From NCBI RefSeq assembly GCF_009914755.1, contig NC_060932.1: a DNA stretch of 64,000 bases; one strand, written 5' to 3'. A model generated the notes under the pieces. That model was not told where the DNA came from and did not search any database. It saw only the letters and a program-made list of their open reading frames with translations. Every line of letters starts with the position of its first letter. Positions within the stretch are counted from its first letter, which is position 1. This document shows, piece by piece, positions 63,788-64,000 of this stretch. Origin of the DNA: the human T2T-CHM13v2.0 reference genome, Homo sapiens. Both the position numbers and the translations under genes were made by a program.

Positions 63788-64000
63788 AGTGGCTATGGAT
63801 TTTGAAGTTATTTTATCCGTATTCAGTGAGGAACGACTTAGCCTGAATTGATTTTAGTAATTTTCAGAATTAATCAGGTTTTCAAGAATTATTACATTAG
63901 CAGACATTTTCTAGGTTTCCACATTTAGAAATACGTATGTACAAGTCTAGTTTCCAAAATAGCACTAGTTACTGGTTGCCTGGTTATTTGATTAATAATA

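Overview
AT-rich human genomic DNA; the AluYa5 and AluYb8 copies are human-lineage Alu subfamilies. It looks like the interior of a very long minus-strand transcription unit or a gene desert. I can support no intact protein-coding gene: the long ORFs come from an L1 ORF2 remnant, Alus, a Charlie/hAT transposase remnant or chance. Much of the window is interspersed repeat: a 3.5-kb 5'-truncated L1PA, 10 Alus/Alu fragments, an ERV1 solo LTR with a nested AluSc, MaLR LTRs, hAT elements (Charlie1a, MER58A, MER5A, MER3, MER102), MIR/L2, old L1 and a probable CR1/L3 remnant. The non-repeat fraction holds a series of minus-strand exon-like segments with canonical AG/GT ends (about 50, 95, 38 and 169 nt). 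There is also an exon/promoter-like block at 25.1-25.9 kb ending in an AG|GT junction that resembles a recursive splice site, two microexon-like segments, and several repeat-free blocks rich in TALE/homeodomain motifs that look like developmental enhancers. I cannot name the host gene. Repeat subfamily calls are from memory of consensus sequences and old-repeat boundaries are approximate. No new biological system is demonstrable; the best lead is the putative spliced, uORF-bearing non-coding/5'UTR transcript with microexon and recursive-splicing signals.
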